In this document: positions 15,301-27,269 of the stretch, in pieces | How positions within the stretch are numbered: position 1 is the stretch's first letter | How the letters are laid out: the number at the start of each line of letters is the position of its first letter | Source of the DNA: Cyanophora paradoxa CCMP329 | Taxonomy: Eukaryota; Plantae; Glaucophyta | DNA length: 64,000 nucleotides | Assembly: GCA_004431415.1 (NCBI GenBank) | Contig: QPMI01000061.1 | Coordinates: 90,243 to 154,242, forward strand | Direction: 5' to 3' | The notes under the pieces: generated by a model | The model's input: the letters and a program-made list of their open reading frames with translations, nothing else | Databases searched by the model: none | What the model was told of the DNA's origin: nothing | Position numbers and translations under genes: made by a program

Positions 15301-17286
15301 GCCCCGCCCCGGGGAGGGCGACGGCCCCGCCGCGTCCGGCGAGGAGGCGCCGCCCCGCCCGCCCACCTTCCTCCGCTTCCCCGCCGACGACGAGACCGAG
15401 GAGTCGTGCGGCGAGGGCGAGGCGGGCGGCGAGGGGCCGCGCGGCGCGGAGCACTTGCTCGAGGCGCCGCCCTCGCGCAAGGACAGCGAGTCGCGGCGGC
15501 CCTCGGTGCACGCGTGGGGCACGCACCCGCCCCGCCGCGCCGGCCACCCTGGGGCCCCGAGGAGGGCGGCGCCGGGCGGGCCCCTTGACGCCCTTCGGGC
15601 ACGCCCACAGCAGCCCGGGGCGCCCTGGGAGAGCCCCGGCTCCCCAGCTCGGGCGGGCAGGCCGGCACGCCGGGCGGGGCCTCGCGGGGCCGCGTGCGGG
15701 CGGCGGCCGGCTCGCTGGCGTCGGTGCGGCGGGCGGGGCGTGGCTGGGGCGCGTGCTGCGGGGGGGCGCGGGGAGCCCCGCCTCCTCCTACTCCCTCCGC
15801 TCCCTCGAGAGCGACGGCGCGGGATCGCCGCCGGGCACCCTCCCCGCCCTCCCGCCCTCTCCCGGCCGCCATCCGCGAGGGCGGCCTCCCCGCCCGCCGC
15901 CGCCCCGCCGACGTCGCCCGCCGCGCCACCGTCGCCTCCCCGCTCGCCCCGCCCTCCGCCTTCGCCGCCCCGCCGGCCCCGCCGCCGCCGCCGCCGCCGC
16001 CGCCCGCTCCGCCGCCATCGGCCGCCGCGCCTCCACCGGCACTTACTTCGCCCGCACCGCCGGCGGCCCCGCGGCGGCGCTTGCGGCGTCGGCGGCGGGG
16101 GCGGGGCGGGCGAGGGGTCGCCGCCGGGCCGCGCGTGGTGAACCGGCCCGCCTTTTCCCTGACCGTCCAGACGAGCTTCGACTCGAGCGGCTCCTCGGCG
16201 GTCGCCGCCCTGCGCCAGGCGGCGGCGCTGCTCGGGGCGCCCGCCCCGGGAGCCCGGGGGCCCGCCGCCGCCCTCGCGCCGGCCCTCGCTCTGCCCCGTC
16301 CACCCGGAGCCCGGCGAGGGCGAGGGCCACTCCCCGGCGCTCCGCCCGAGAGCCCCGCCCCGCGCCCCCGCTCCCCTCGCCGGCCCCCGCCGCCACCCTC
16401 GCGCCCCCGGAGGCGGCGCCGCGCAGCGGCGGCGCCGCGACGCCGGCCCCCTCCGCCCCCTCCGCCCCGCCGCCGCCGCGGCGACGGGCCCCTCGGAGCG
16501 GGGCCCGGCAAAGCCGACCCCGCCGCCGGGGGCGGGGGCGGGGCGGGGGGGGCGGTGGCGGGTGCTGGTGTGCGACGACAACGAGTTCAACGTGCGGATC
16601 GCGCGGAAGATGCTGGAGGCGCTGGGCTGCGAGGTGGCGGTGGCGCGCGACGGGCAGGAGGCCGTTGACCTCTTCGCCGCCGGCGCCCGCCTCGATCTCG
16701 CTTTTCTGGACCTGCAGAGTCCGCCCCCGCCTACGAACCCACTCTCGCTCCTCCCCACCGCAGCCCACCCGCGCCCCTCGCCCCCCGCAGTGCCGAACAA
16801 GAGCGGCCTGGAGGCGGCGGCGGAGATCCGGGCGATGGCGGGGCCGGGCGGCGGGGCGGCGCCGCCGCTGCTGGCAATCACGGCGAACGTCTCGGAGGAG
16901 TGCCGCGCGCAGTGTCGCGCCGCCGGCTTCACGGGCTTCATCGGTCCGCCCCCGCCCCCGCGCCCCCCCGCCCCCTCGCGCCGGCCCCTGGCGAGCGGGG
17001 GCGGGGGCGGGGCGCAGGCAAGCCCTTCAAGAAGAGCGACCTCGCGTCGGCGCTGGACCGCTTCTGCCGGCCCCCGAGCCCCGAGCCCGGCCCCGCCCCC
17101 GGCCCAAGAGCGCCACCCCGGGGCCCCGCCCCGCCGTCGTCCCCGCGCCCGCGGCGGCCGGGGCCGGGGCCCCGGTGCGCATCGCCGGCGTATCCGTCCC
17201 CGAGTCTCCCTCCGCCTGCGCCGCCTGAAGCCGCGGGGGCACCGCCCGCGCGCGCCCGCCGCCCCTCGTGCCACAGTCTCTTTTGA
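12379..17286 (+). CDS. Membrane-bound hybrid sensor histidine kinase (TM region + HisKA + HATPase + receiver)
   Basis: H-box ANVSHEMRTPL, N-box FNFLSNAIKFT, G1 VRDNGPGI, G2 GTGLGLAITKSLVEAMGG. Receiver VLVCDDNEFN...LDLQMP...AITAN...KPF. Several hydrophobic N-terminal exons. Stop lies at 17228 or 17286. Confidence 0.92.
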
Positions 17287-17855
17287 TCAGACGCGCTTTC
17301 GCGTACTTCGCGGCTGCGTGCCTCCACCGTTGCTTGCAATTGCAGGTTAGTTCCTGCCAACGACTTCGGACGCTGTGCATTGTGAGATTGTTTTGAATGC
17401 CGTAGTGTATCTCTAGATCTAGCTATAGGTGAGTAGCCTAGTAGGTAAAAAGCTCGGCTGATGTTTCGTTTCCTGCCGAAGTGCCTTCGATTTGCCGAGA
17501 TGAGGCGCACTGCGCAGACCGTTGAACGGCCTTCGATCGTTGTCGATCGCCAGCCTGGCAGATCGCTTTCAAATCATTGAATTTCGCATGGGTAGTTAGT
17601 TTCAAGTTTCCCCAGCACTGTCACACTGTGACAGCGCGCGCGGCGCGCTTCTGCGCAGTCTCGAAATTTTCGATTTTCTGACTCCCGCGGGCCGAGTCCC
17701 GACTCCCGAGTTCCGAAGCTCCACAGCCGGCACTCTAGTACAGAACTGTCACTAAATAGTGTGTGACTCCTAGTGCTCCGGGCCCGAGTCCGGGGGGCTC
17801 CTCAGGTTTGATACGATTGCAAACTATGATTTGGCAACTTGCCAACGGCCACGGG

Positions 17856-20800
17856 CTAGGAGAGGAGGCGGACGCGGAAGACTCCGGGCTCGGGCTCCGA
17901 GAAGGGCAGGGCGCGGCCCTTGAGGAAGGCCTCCACCTGCCCCCGCCCCCGCCCCCGCCCCGTCAGTCACGTCGCCGTCGCCCGCTGAGCGCTCCCCCCC
18001 GCCCCTGCCGGCGGCGCACCTCGGGGCGCAGGCGCGGCCGCAGCCCGTCGCTGTGGTTCCCCGCTCCCGCGATGATCGTCAAGAACCGACCCGGCGGCGG
18101 CGGCGCTGCGCGCGGTCGGCTCGGCGGGGCCCCCGAACAGGGGCACGGGGGCAGGGGACCGTCGGGCGGGGGCGCGGGGGCGAGGAAGGGGTGGGCGGCG
18201 AGCTTGGCGGCGGCCTCGCGGCAGTGGAGGCCGTGCAGGTCGAGCGTCTCCAGATTGTCGAGCGCCGCGTTCCTGCCCCGCCCCGCTCGAGCCCCCCGAG
18301 GCGCCCCGGGCGCAGACCCGCGCACCGGGCGGCGAAGAGGGCGTCGGCGGCGGCGCGGTGCAGCGCCGCCGCCCGCTCGCCGTGCGCGGCGGCCTGCGCG
18401 GGGTGAGGGGCCGGCGAGACGTCGGGGGGCGGGGGGCGGGGCGGACGCGGCGGGAGAGCTCGGCGGCGAGGCGGCCGCTCCCCGCGGCGAAGGCCCTCGC
18501 CGCGCTCTGCGCGAGCGCCACGTGCCGCCTCTGCTCCCCGTCCGCACCCGCCCGCTCCCGCCCGTACACCCGCCCTGCAGCCGCCCGCGTCGGGCGGGAG
18601 GGGGCCGGCGCGGGGCGGGGCGGGGCGCACGCCAGCCGAGCTCGTCGTCCGCGGCCGGCGCGTCGGGCGCGTGGAGGCGGCGCCCGAGGCTCGGCAGGCT
18701 GAACTCGCTGCGCCAGTCCAGCCCCGCCTCCCCGCGCCGCCCGCCTCGGGCCGGGCGCGGGGAGCGGCGGCGGGCCGGGGCGGGCGGGGGCTGGAGGGAG
18801 GCGTCGAGCTCGCGGCGGGTGGGGAAGCTCTGGCGGAGGAGGGCGGCGGCGGCCGGCTTGTCGCCCTCGCAGGCGACGAGGGCGGCCTCGAGGGCCTCCG
18901 CCTCGGCGCTCGGGAAGCTCTCCGCGAGGTCCGCCAGCTTCATCAGCCGCAGCAGCCTCTCGCCCCCGCCCCGCCCCCGCTCCTCCCGCCCCCGCCCGCC
19001 CCGGCCCCGGCGGCGGCGGGGCGGCGGGACGGCGAGGGCGTCCCGCGGCGCGCGGGGAGGCGGCACGAGGCCGGCGGCGGCGGCGCCGCCCCGACCGCGG
19101 GGCTCGCCGGGCGCTCGGCGGCAGTGGCCGGCGAGGCGCGGCCCGAGGGGCCGCGGGCGGGGGCCAGGGGAGGGGGGACTGTGGGCGCCGTGGCGGGGGC
19201 GGGGCGGGGGGTCGGCGAGGGCGAGGGTGAGGGCGAGGGCCTCAACGGCCGCCTCCACGTCCCCGCGTGCTCCCGCAGCGCCCCCGCCACCGCCTCGGGG
19301 CCACCGCGGGGAAGACCGCCTGCAGGAAGCGCGCGGCGTGCGCCTCGAGCTCGGCGCGGGGCGGGGGCGGCGGCGGCGGCGGGCGCGGGGCGGGCGCTGC
19401 ATGGCGGAGTACTTGGACTCGAGGAGGGCGTCGTCCTCGTCCCCGAGGAAGGCCGCCGAGGCGCCCCCGGCGGCGAGGAAGGCCTCCGCCTGCTCCCGCC
19501 AGAGCTCCTCCGCCGCCCACGCCGCCTCCACCAGCGCCTCCTCGCCCCACCCGCTGTAGTCCGACCCCGACCCCGACGCCGCCCGCCCCGCGGCGACCCC
19601 GGCGAGGCGCTCCGCGACGACCCCGGCGTCCCCGCGCAGGCCGCCGCGGCCCCCGCCCGGCGCCGCCGCCCAGGCCGCCCAGGCCGCCGCCCCGCCCTCG
19701 CCGTCCGAGTCCTGCAGGACGGCCGCCGCCGCGGAGCGGGCCACGGCGGCAGCCGCCTCGCCGGCGGCCGCCTCGTCCAGCGGGGCCGGGGCCGGGGCCG
19801 GCGCCGGGCGGAGCACGGCGATGCCGCAGAGGGCCGAGACCGAGAGGAGCGCCTCGTGGCGCGCCTCGACCGCCTCCCCGCGGTACACGAACTGCGCCGC
19901 CCGTCGCCCGGCGCGCGCGGGCGGGGCGGGGCGGGGCGGGGCGTGCGGGGCGGACCTGGAAGGCCGGGGCAGGGGGAGGTCGGGGCGCAGGCGAGGGCGC
20001 GGCGAGCGTCCGCCAGGTATCCCTCGGCAGGCAGGCGCAGGGAGCCCACGCGGCGCGCCCCGCCCCCGCCGGCCCCACGAACACCTCCAGCTCCTCCTCC
20101 GCCCCGCCCCCGACGGCCCCGCAGGTGCAGGCGCGGCCGGCGCGGCCGGCGGGCGGCGTGCGGCGGCGGCCTCCCGCGGAGCTCCCCTGGGGCCGGTGGC
20201 GGCGCGGGCGGCGGGAAGGGCGGCGCCAAAGGCGGCTGCGCCACCCAGACGTTCCAGGGAGGCCTGCGCGGGAGCTCATGCGGGAGCGAGGAGAGAACGC
20301 GCGTGTCGCCGGCGGAGCTCAGCGCACCACCAGCCCCGGCCGGGCCCGCCTTGACGCGCGGGGCGGTGGGGAAGGCTCCCTGCCGGCGCCCCGAGGGGCG
20401 ACTCGGTTCTCCTTGGATGCGGCGGCCCGGGTCCGTTGGCGGCGTGCACGTGCGGATGCGGCGATGCGCGGTGCACGCCGTTTGCTTGAGGGAGGCCTGG
20501 CGGGGCCGCTGGCGGGGCCGCTGGCGGGGCCGGCGAGGACGCGCGCAGGAAAGGGGGCCGGTAGGGTTTCGGTGCCACTTGCTGCTGTGGGGCTACTGGG
20601 ACCGACGTTAGAGCGATGGCCTGCGCGTGAAGAATCTTAGTGCAAGGTGATATGCGGGGGGGGCGGCGTGGCGTTTCGCACCGGTCTGAATTGTGGGTCC
20701 GGCGAGCGGCTGGGAGATGCGGCGGCAGCTCCGCGCGCAACATCTCCGTTGCTTAAGGCTTTGGCGAAGGAGCGCGGCTGGGCCGCTGCCGGGCCCGGCG

Positions 20801-21094
20801 CCGCGGAACGAGGCGCTGGAGCTGGCCCGGTCGCGGTTGGCGGGACCTCTTCGCTCATGCCCAGAAGCGTTGTGATCGCGGCGTTAAACGAGCCTCCAGA
20901 GATCTCCCAGATGGTGGTAAGGACTTCGGGATCTGCAGCGCGGCGCACGTGGCCAGAATATCAATTTCATGGGCAGGCACTCGCGCAGAGTTAAGATAGC
21001 TTAAGAAGAGCATCTAGATAATGCCAGAGCTATCAATGCGCTCACCGTAGTTCGGGAACATCTCCTTCAGCTTTCTCACCTCCGACGCTGCCAT
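17856..21094 (-). CDS. CUE-domain + DUF1771 + Smr endonuclease (Cue2/NONU-1/N4BP2-like architecture)
   Basis: N-terminal CUE LKEMFPNYDPEVLTTIWEISGGSFNAAITTLLGM and second CUE-like LAESFPSAEAEALEAALVACEGDKPAAAALL. DUF1771-like helices AARAFAAGSGRLAAELS. Smr TLDLHGLHCREA...IIAGAGNHS...EPGVFRV. Confidence 0.82.
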
Positions 21095-21233
21095 TGCGCA
21101 AGTAGCTTCGGTTGCGACTGGAAGACGGGTTTTCGCGGCGGTCTGCAGTGTGGAATTGGTGGCGCGGCGAACGTGAGGGGGGTACACGGTGTCCAGGCAG
21201 GGTTCATAGGAGCGGAGCTGCCACAGCGGCGCG

Positions 21234-22782
21234 ATGCTGCACCTGCGCTCGCTGGCCCCACTAGCGGCTGGCTGGGCCCGGCAGCAGCCTGCCCTCTTGA
21301 GGATCGCAGCACCGCCGGTTCCTCGGTTGCCGGCCCAGCATCACTGGGTGCAGCAGGCGCGCTGGGTCACAACGCCGCAGCCGCCGAAGCCGATCTCGAT
21401 CGTCGACATCCAAGACCGGAAGCGGAAGGGCGTCCCCATCACGATGGCAAGCGCTGCCGCCGCCAGCCTCGCGCATGTGCGCGTTCGCGTCGTTGACGTA
21501 TGCGACCGCTCGCATCGCCTGCAGGTTACGGCGTACGACTACCCGTCGGCGGTGCACGTCGATTCAGCCGGCTTCGACATCCTGCTCGTCGGCGACTCGG
21601 TGGGGATGGTGCAGCTCGGCTACGACACGACACTGCCCGTCACGATGGACGAGATGCTCCACCACTGCCGCTCCGTTGCCCGCGGCGCCCGCCGGCCTCT
21701 GCTCGTCGGCGACATGCCCTTCGGTGCGCCGCCCCCCGCCGGCGGGCGCGCTGCCGCGCTCAGGCGGGGGCGGCAGGGAGCTACGAGGTCTCCGAGGACG
21801 ACGCCGTGCGGAACGCCATCCGGTTCCTGAAGGAGGCCCGCCGCGCAGCCGCGCCGGGGGCGCCGGCGGGGGCTGAGGGGGCGCAGGGCGAGATGGACGC
21901 CGTGAAGCTGGAGGGCGGCGTGGCGCGGGCGGCGACCGTCGCCCGCGTCGTCCGCTCCGGCGTCGCCGTCATGGGCCACGTCGGCCTCACCCCGCAGTCC
22001 ATCAGGCCCGCCCCGCCCCGCCCCGCGCCGCGCCGCCCGCGCCGCGCAGGGCCCGGCGAGCGGGGCGCAGCGTGCTGGGCGGCTTCCGCTCGCAGGGGCG
22101 GAGCGCGGCGGCGGCGAAGCGGCTGCTGGACGACGCGCGGGCGCTGCAGGAGGCGGGGGCCTTCGCGGTGGTCGTCGAGTGCGTCCCCGAGGGCGTCGCC
22201 CGCGCCATCACCGCCGCCCTCGAGATCCCCACCGTCGGCATCGGCGCCGGCGCCGGCACCGACGGCCAGGCCCGCCCCGCCCCGTCCCGCCCCGCCCCCT
22301 CTCCACGCCCCCCGCCCGCCGCTGAGGGCGGGCGGGGCAGGTCCTCGTGTACCACGACCTCGTAGGGCTCTACCAGCACCCGCACCACGCCAAGGCCGGC
22401 CCCGCGCCCCGCCTCGCCTCGCCCCGCCGGCCCCGGGTTTGAGGCGCCCCCGCGCAGGTGACGCCCAAGTTTAGCAAGCGCTTCGGCAACGCGGCGGCCG
22501 CCATCCAGTCCGCCCTCGAGGCCTACCGGTCCCCTCCCGCGCCGCCGCCCGCCCCGCTGCCGCCTCCGCCTGAGGCGCCTCGTGGGCGGGCGGGCGGGTA
22601 GGGCGGAGGTCGTGGGCCGGAAGTTCCCGTCGGCGGAGTACTCGCCCTACACGATCCCCCAGGAGGAGCTTGACGAGTTCCTCGCCTACGCCGCCCGGCC
22701 CCCGCCCGGCCTCGCCCCGGCCCCGCGCCCCGGCCCTGGCCCCGCCGCCGGCACCCCGGACGAGACGATCAAGGTCTACTAG
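21234..22782 (+). CDS. panB: Ketopantoate hydroxymethyltransferase, mitochondrial-type presequence
   Basis: [65 protein letters not shown]. The N-extension is Arg-rich and lacks acidic residues. Confidence 0.97.
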
Positions 22783-22994
22783 CTGCAGCCGCAGCCCCAG
22801 GGATCCGGAGGGCTCGCCGCGCACCGCCGCGCTCCGCCCGCGGCACGCGCCCGCCATCCTTAAGCTTGCGCTTCAGAAATTCCATTCAGCGAATTAAGCT
22901 TATTAATGAGAGAAACGACCGGACAATATAGGCGCCCGGTCGCGGCCAGGAGGCAGAGGGCAGCATGGAGTGAGCATGCAGAGCGCTGCGGCTG

Positions 22995-23375
22995 TCAGAA
23001 ACAGTCGTCCACGCTCTCCCACTTGTGGCACCACAAAGCCTCGTCCGCCGCGACGCACTCTTCGCACATCACCCAGCCGGGGAACCAAACAGAGGCGCAG
23101 AGCTTGTTGCTCTCGTTGTCGCCTTCGCCGCACTCGTCGCAGACGAGCTCCTCCTTCCAGGACTTGCAATTGCGAGCCCCGCGCCCGCGCCCGCCGCGCC
23201 GACGTGAGCGCTTGGGCTTCGCGGTCGTCGATTGGCCATGGCCACCCCTCGCCACGGCCGGCGGGGCATCGCACGCCGCGCGCGCGGTAGGCGAATTATT
23301 TTTGACAGGTTCTCCCGCGGCCGTGGCCTGCTGCGCCGGCGCCGCATTCGTCGAGATCGGAGAATCAGAGCTCAT
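22995..23375 (-). CDS. Small Cys-rich hypothetical protein (two CxxC pairs)
   Basis: 126-codon ORF with LVCDECGEGDNESNKLCASVWFPGWVMCEECVAADEALWCHKWESVDDCF. Non-low-complexity composition; ATG follows an AT-rich tract. Confidence 0.5.
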   Translation of the reverse strand: MSSDSPISTNAAPAQQATAAGEPVKNNSPTARAACDAPPAVARGGHGQSTTAKPKRSRRRGGRGRGARNCKSWKEELVCDECGEGDNESNKLCASVWFPGWVMCEECVAADEALWCHKWESVDDCF

Positions 23376-23666
23376 GTTTATAAATTAGACGCTAGCTAGC
23401 GCTGTCAGGCTGCAGACCGGCTGCTTTAGGGGGTATGCGCATGCGTATACGTACGTACGCGGATCAATTGCAAGCGTTATCCGTTAAATGAGACCATCAA
23501 GCGAAAGATCTACTGGCTGCATCCGCATCTGCAGCGCTCGTGGCCATGATCATGATTTACAGGGCAGGCTGGAGAGTACAAGGGGCCGCGCGGGGCGGCC
23601 GGGAAAAAAGCCTGCGGGGGAAAAGCGGTGGCTGAAGAGGGGGGGCTGTACAGGGGCGGGGGGCGC

Positions 23667-24983
23667 TCATATGCGGGACGAGACGACGACCTCGCGGGGG
23701 AGGAGCATGAGGAGGGACTCGAAGGCGGCCTGCGGGGGCCCTCAGCGCCCGAATTCCAAGCGACGAGGAGGGCGGCGCGGGGGCCGGCAGACCCGGAGCC
23801 GCTCGGCGTCCTTCGACTCCAGCGTGAGGAGGACCTTCACCCCGGGAGGCCCGTCTACGGGGTACGAGCCCAGCCGCACGTCCCGGTGCCGCTCCACTGA
23901 GCCCGCGGCCCGGTCGAGCAGGGGCCGAGGAGCGCGGCGGGGGTACGCGGACCGGCCTCGTGGAGATAGGCGGCGATGGCCGACTCGGGGGCGCTAACCT
24001 CCACCTGCGCCGTCAGGAACGGCGTGCTCCGGAACTGCCCGGGGAGAAGGTCGGCACGGGGTACAGAACAGGGGGCGGGCGGGGAGGGAGGGACGGCGGA
24101 CCGTCTCTTTGAAGGTTTCAAACTTGGCCTGGAGGAACTTGGGTACCCCCGGAAAAATGTACACGTTTTTTACGTGAAGGAACGGCCAAGGCACGCCCTC
24201 CTTGCGCAGCAGCGCGTAGCCCTCTGCGGACGGTCATCAGTCGCCCGGCGCAACGCGAGCTAAGAGGCGCCTCGGTCCGCGCACGAGGGAAATCGGCCAT
24301 TTTGAGAACGTACCTGCGTACGAGTCAGCGGGGCGGTCGAGGATGGGGCGCGCGCGCGACGGACTCGTTACAGTCCTTGCCTGCGGGGCGCTGGCGTAAG
24401 CGGCTGCCCGGGGTTTCACATGAGGGGCCGGCTGCGAACCGTACGTGTCCTTGAGCATCGCCTGGTGGCCAGGCCGGGACGGAGGGCGGCTCAGTCGTCA
24501 ACGGCGCGGGGGGAGGGGTGGAGGGGAGGGGGATGGGGCGGCACCTCAGTCGCAGCGTCCCGCACAAGCGGAACTCCGAATGCGCGAGCAATGGCCGCCA
24601 TCGTCACGTCGTCGTGCGTCGGCCCCACACCGCCGCAACAAAGAACGTAGCTGTGAGCCGAGCTCGCCGTTCGGATTTCAGCAGCTATTTGATCGACATC
24701 GTCTTCTAAGAAAGCGATGCGCCGTGTCGCCACTCCGAGAGCACGAAGCTCCTTGACCTGGGAGGAGCGCGCGCCGGCGAGCGATCGGCGACGCCGGCGA
24801 GGGCGGTGGAGGAGCGCACGAGGAAGGACGAATTCAAGTCCGCAACCGAGCCGGACAACAATTCACTGCCTGCGGTCGATCATTGGACATGCACGCGTAC
24901 GCGCAAGCGGCCTCTCCCACGCGCGAACCGATAATAACAATAGCTGCAGACGGAGTTGCATGTGCGTACCGAAGCTGCGGCAT
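23667..24983 (-). CDS. Stand-alone molybdopterin-binding/CinA-N domain protein (FAD diphosphatase/Fpy1-like)
   Basis: Spliced MPQLRYAHATPSAAIVIIGSELLSGSVADLNSSFLVKELRALGV...GGVGPTHDDVTMAAIARAFG...KNVYIFPGVP...ESAIA...LGSYP. Confidence 0.85.
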
Positions 24984-25142
24984 GCGTGTACCGAAGCTGC
25001 GGTAGCCGCAGGCCTGCTCTTACTGAATTTGCCGTACCCCTGCTGCGAAGATCAACCGGGCGCTTTTCAGCCGGCGCACATGCCCAAACCTGAACACGGC
25101 TTCAGCGAATAGCTAGCAGCCGCGTGCTTCGCTCACTCGCGA

Positions 25143-27101
25143 ATGGAGCTCCTCAAGGCGGTCGAGCAGAGCGCCGATGAGGAGCTCAAGCAGCAGTTCA
25201 TGAAGACCATGACGCTCGTGGGACGCTGTATCGCGCTCTTCGGGTGCGGCCGGATAGGAGCGCCAAGCGCGACTGAACCGCCCGCTCACCCGATGCCGCG
25301 GTGCGCAGCTTCGACGGCATCTCATTCAGCTTCAACGGCGGCAAGGACTCCACCGTGCTGCTTCATGTGCTGCGGGCGGCTATCGCACAGCACCTGGCTC
25401 AAGCAGCACCGAATGGGGGCGCGGTATCCGCGGAGGCCACAAACGCCGCGCTGCGACGCGTTCGATTCGTCTACTTCAACTCTGCGAACATGTTCCAGGA
25501 GATCCACGAGTTCCTCCAGCAAACCAGCGAGCTGTGCGCCGTGCTGCGATCTCCCCGGTGACCCGACGCGCGCTGGCTGACGTGACGCGCGCTGTGCAGC
25601 TACGGGGTTGAGATCAAGTTCTTAGATGCCAACTACAAAGCCGGTCTGAGCGAGCTGATTCGCGAAAGCAAGGTCAAGGTCATCTTGATGGGGCAGCGGC
25701 AGGGCGACCCTGGCGCAGGTGACCGCGCCAACTGCTCCTTTCAGATTGTTTTTTATTGAAGTGCTTTCCTTTTCTCTTGCCTCGCAGTGAACCTTGAGCA
25801 CTTTTCCCCGACGGACCCCGGGTGGCCCCCGATCATTCGTGTGAACGCCATCCTGGACTGGACCTACGCCCAGGTGTGGCGCTTCCTCGTCGACTTCAAG
25901 CTGCCCTACTGCTCCCTCTACGACCGCGGGTCCGCCCCGGGCTTCGCGTCGCGCCCCGCCGGGCGGTGCGAGCGGGCGGGGGCAGGTACACGTCGATCGG
26001 GGGGCAGCTGGACACGCTGCCGAACCCCGCGCTGAAGAACGCGAACGGGACGTTCAAGCCGGCGGCGGCGCTGGAGGACTGGTCGCAGGAGCGGGCGGGG
26101 CGCATCGCCAAGAAGCCGGCGCCGAGCCCGACGCCGCCCTCCTCCTCCAACTCCTTGCCCTCCATGTCCCCCTCCGTCTCCTCCTCCTCGCTCAGCGTCC
26201 TCTCCGTCTCCAACGGTGCGCCCCCCGCGAGGCCCGCCCTCGCCCCCCCTGATCCCCGCCCCGCCCCGGCAGCGCCGGGGGGCGCCCCGAGGAGCCACCA
26301 GGCGGCCGGCATCATCATCATCGGCGACGAGATACTTAGCGGCAAGGTCGTCGACGCGAACGGCCCGTTCCTCTGCCGGGAACTGCGGTGCGGGGGGCCG
26401 GCGAGGGGGCGCCCCGCGGGGTGTGACCGGGGGCGGGCAGGGAGCTGGGGATCGGGGTGCGGCAGCTGGCGGTGATCCCGGACGAGCAGACGGCGATCGC
26501 GTCGCACGTGGCGGCCTTCGCGCGGCAGTACGACCTCGTCTTCACCACGGGCGGCCTGGGCCCCACGCACGACGACCGTACCGTCGCCGCCCTCGCCGAG
26601 GCCTTCGGCGTCCCCGTCCGCCGCGACCCCGCCCTCGCCGAGGCCGTCGCCGCCTTCTACGGCCCCGCCTGCACCGAGGCGCACCTCAGGCAGGCCGACG
26701 TCCCCGACGGCTGCCGCCTCCTCGCCGTCCCCAGCGTCCCCTTCCCGACCCTCGTCATGAAGAACGTCTTCGTGCTGCCCGGCATCCCCGAGTATGTCCG
26801 CCTCAAGATGGGCCTCCTGCGGGAGGAGCTGCGGGGCCACCCCTTCGCCCTCCGCAAGCTCTTCCTGGACCGCGGCGTGAGCGAGGGGGCCGTCGCGCAC
26901 CTCCTCGAGGAGACGCAGGCCGCCTTCCCCGGGGTCAAGGTCGGCAGCTACCCCTTCCTGGAGCGCGACTTCAGCGTCGTCGTCACGCTCGAGGGGAGCC
27001 TGCGCGACGAGGAGGCCGTCGAGCGCGCCGCCCGCCACCTCGCCGCCCGCCTGCCCCCGGGCGCCCTCCTCCGCACCTCCTCCGACAACCTCCCCTTGTA
27101 G
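25143..27101 (+). CDS. FLAD1: Bifunctional FAD synthase (PAPS-reductase-like FMN adenylyltransferase + C-terminal MPT-binding domain; plant-type order)
   Basis: [30 protein letters not shown]...RVNAILDW...[13 protein letters not shown]...ERAGR, then [16 protein letters not shown]...[11 protein letters not shown]...VGSYP. Confidence 0.93.
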
Positions 27102-27269
27102 CTCCCGCCCCGCCCCGCCCCGCCCCCGCCGCCCCCCGCCCCTCTCAGCCCCCCTATCGTGCTCTTTCCGTTGTTTCAACTAGTGGCCTACACGAGCCGA
27201 GGCGTTGCTGGAAGCGGGTGGCGACGGGAAGGGGCGAGTGGGGAGGCGAGAGGCCGCGGAAGGAGGCGA

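Noticed and set aside
12379-27101. Histidine kinase, panB and CinA-like genes as bacterial contamination or recent HGT
   Set aside because: All are interrupted by host-style introns, and these families are established in algae and plants.
21234-27101. A vitamin-cofactor gene cluster (panB plus FAD genes)
   Set aside because: They belong to different pathways, an unrelated ORF intervenes, and proximity is expected in such a gene-dense region.
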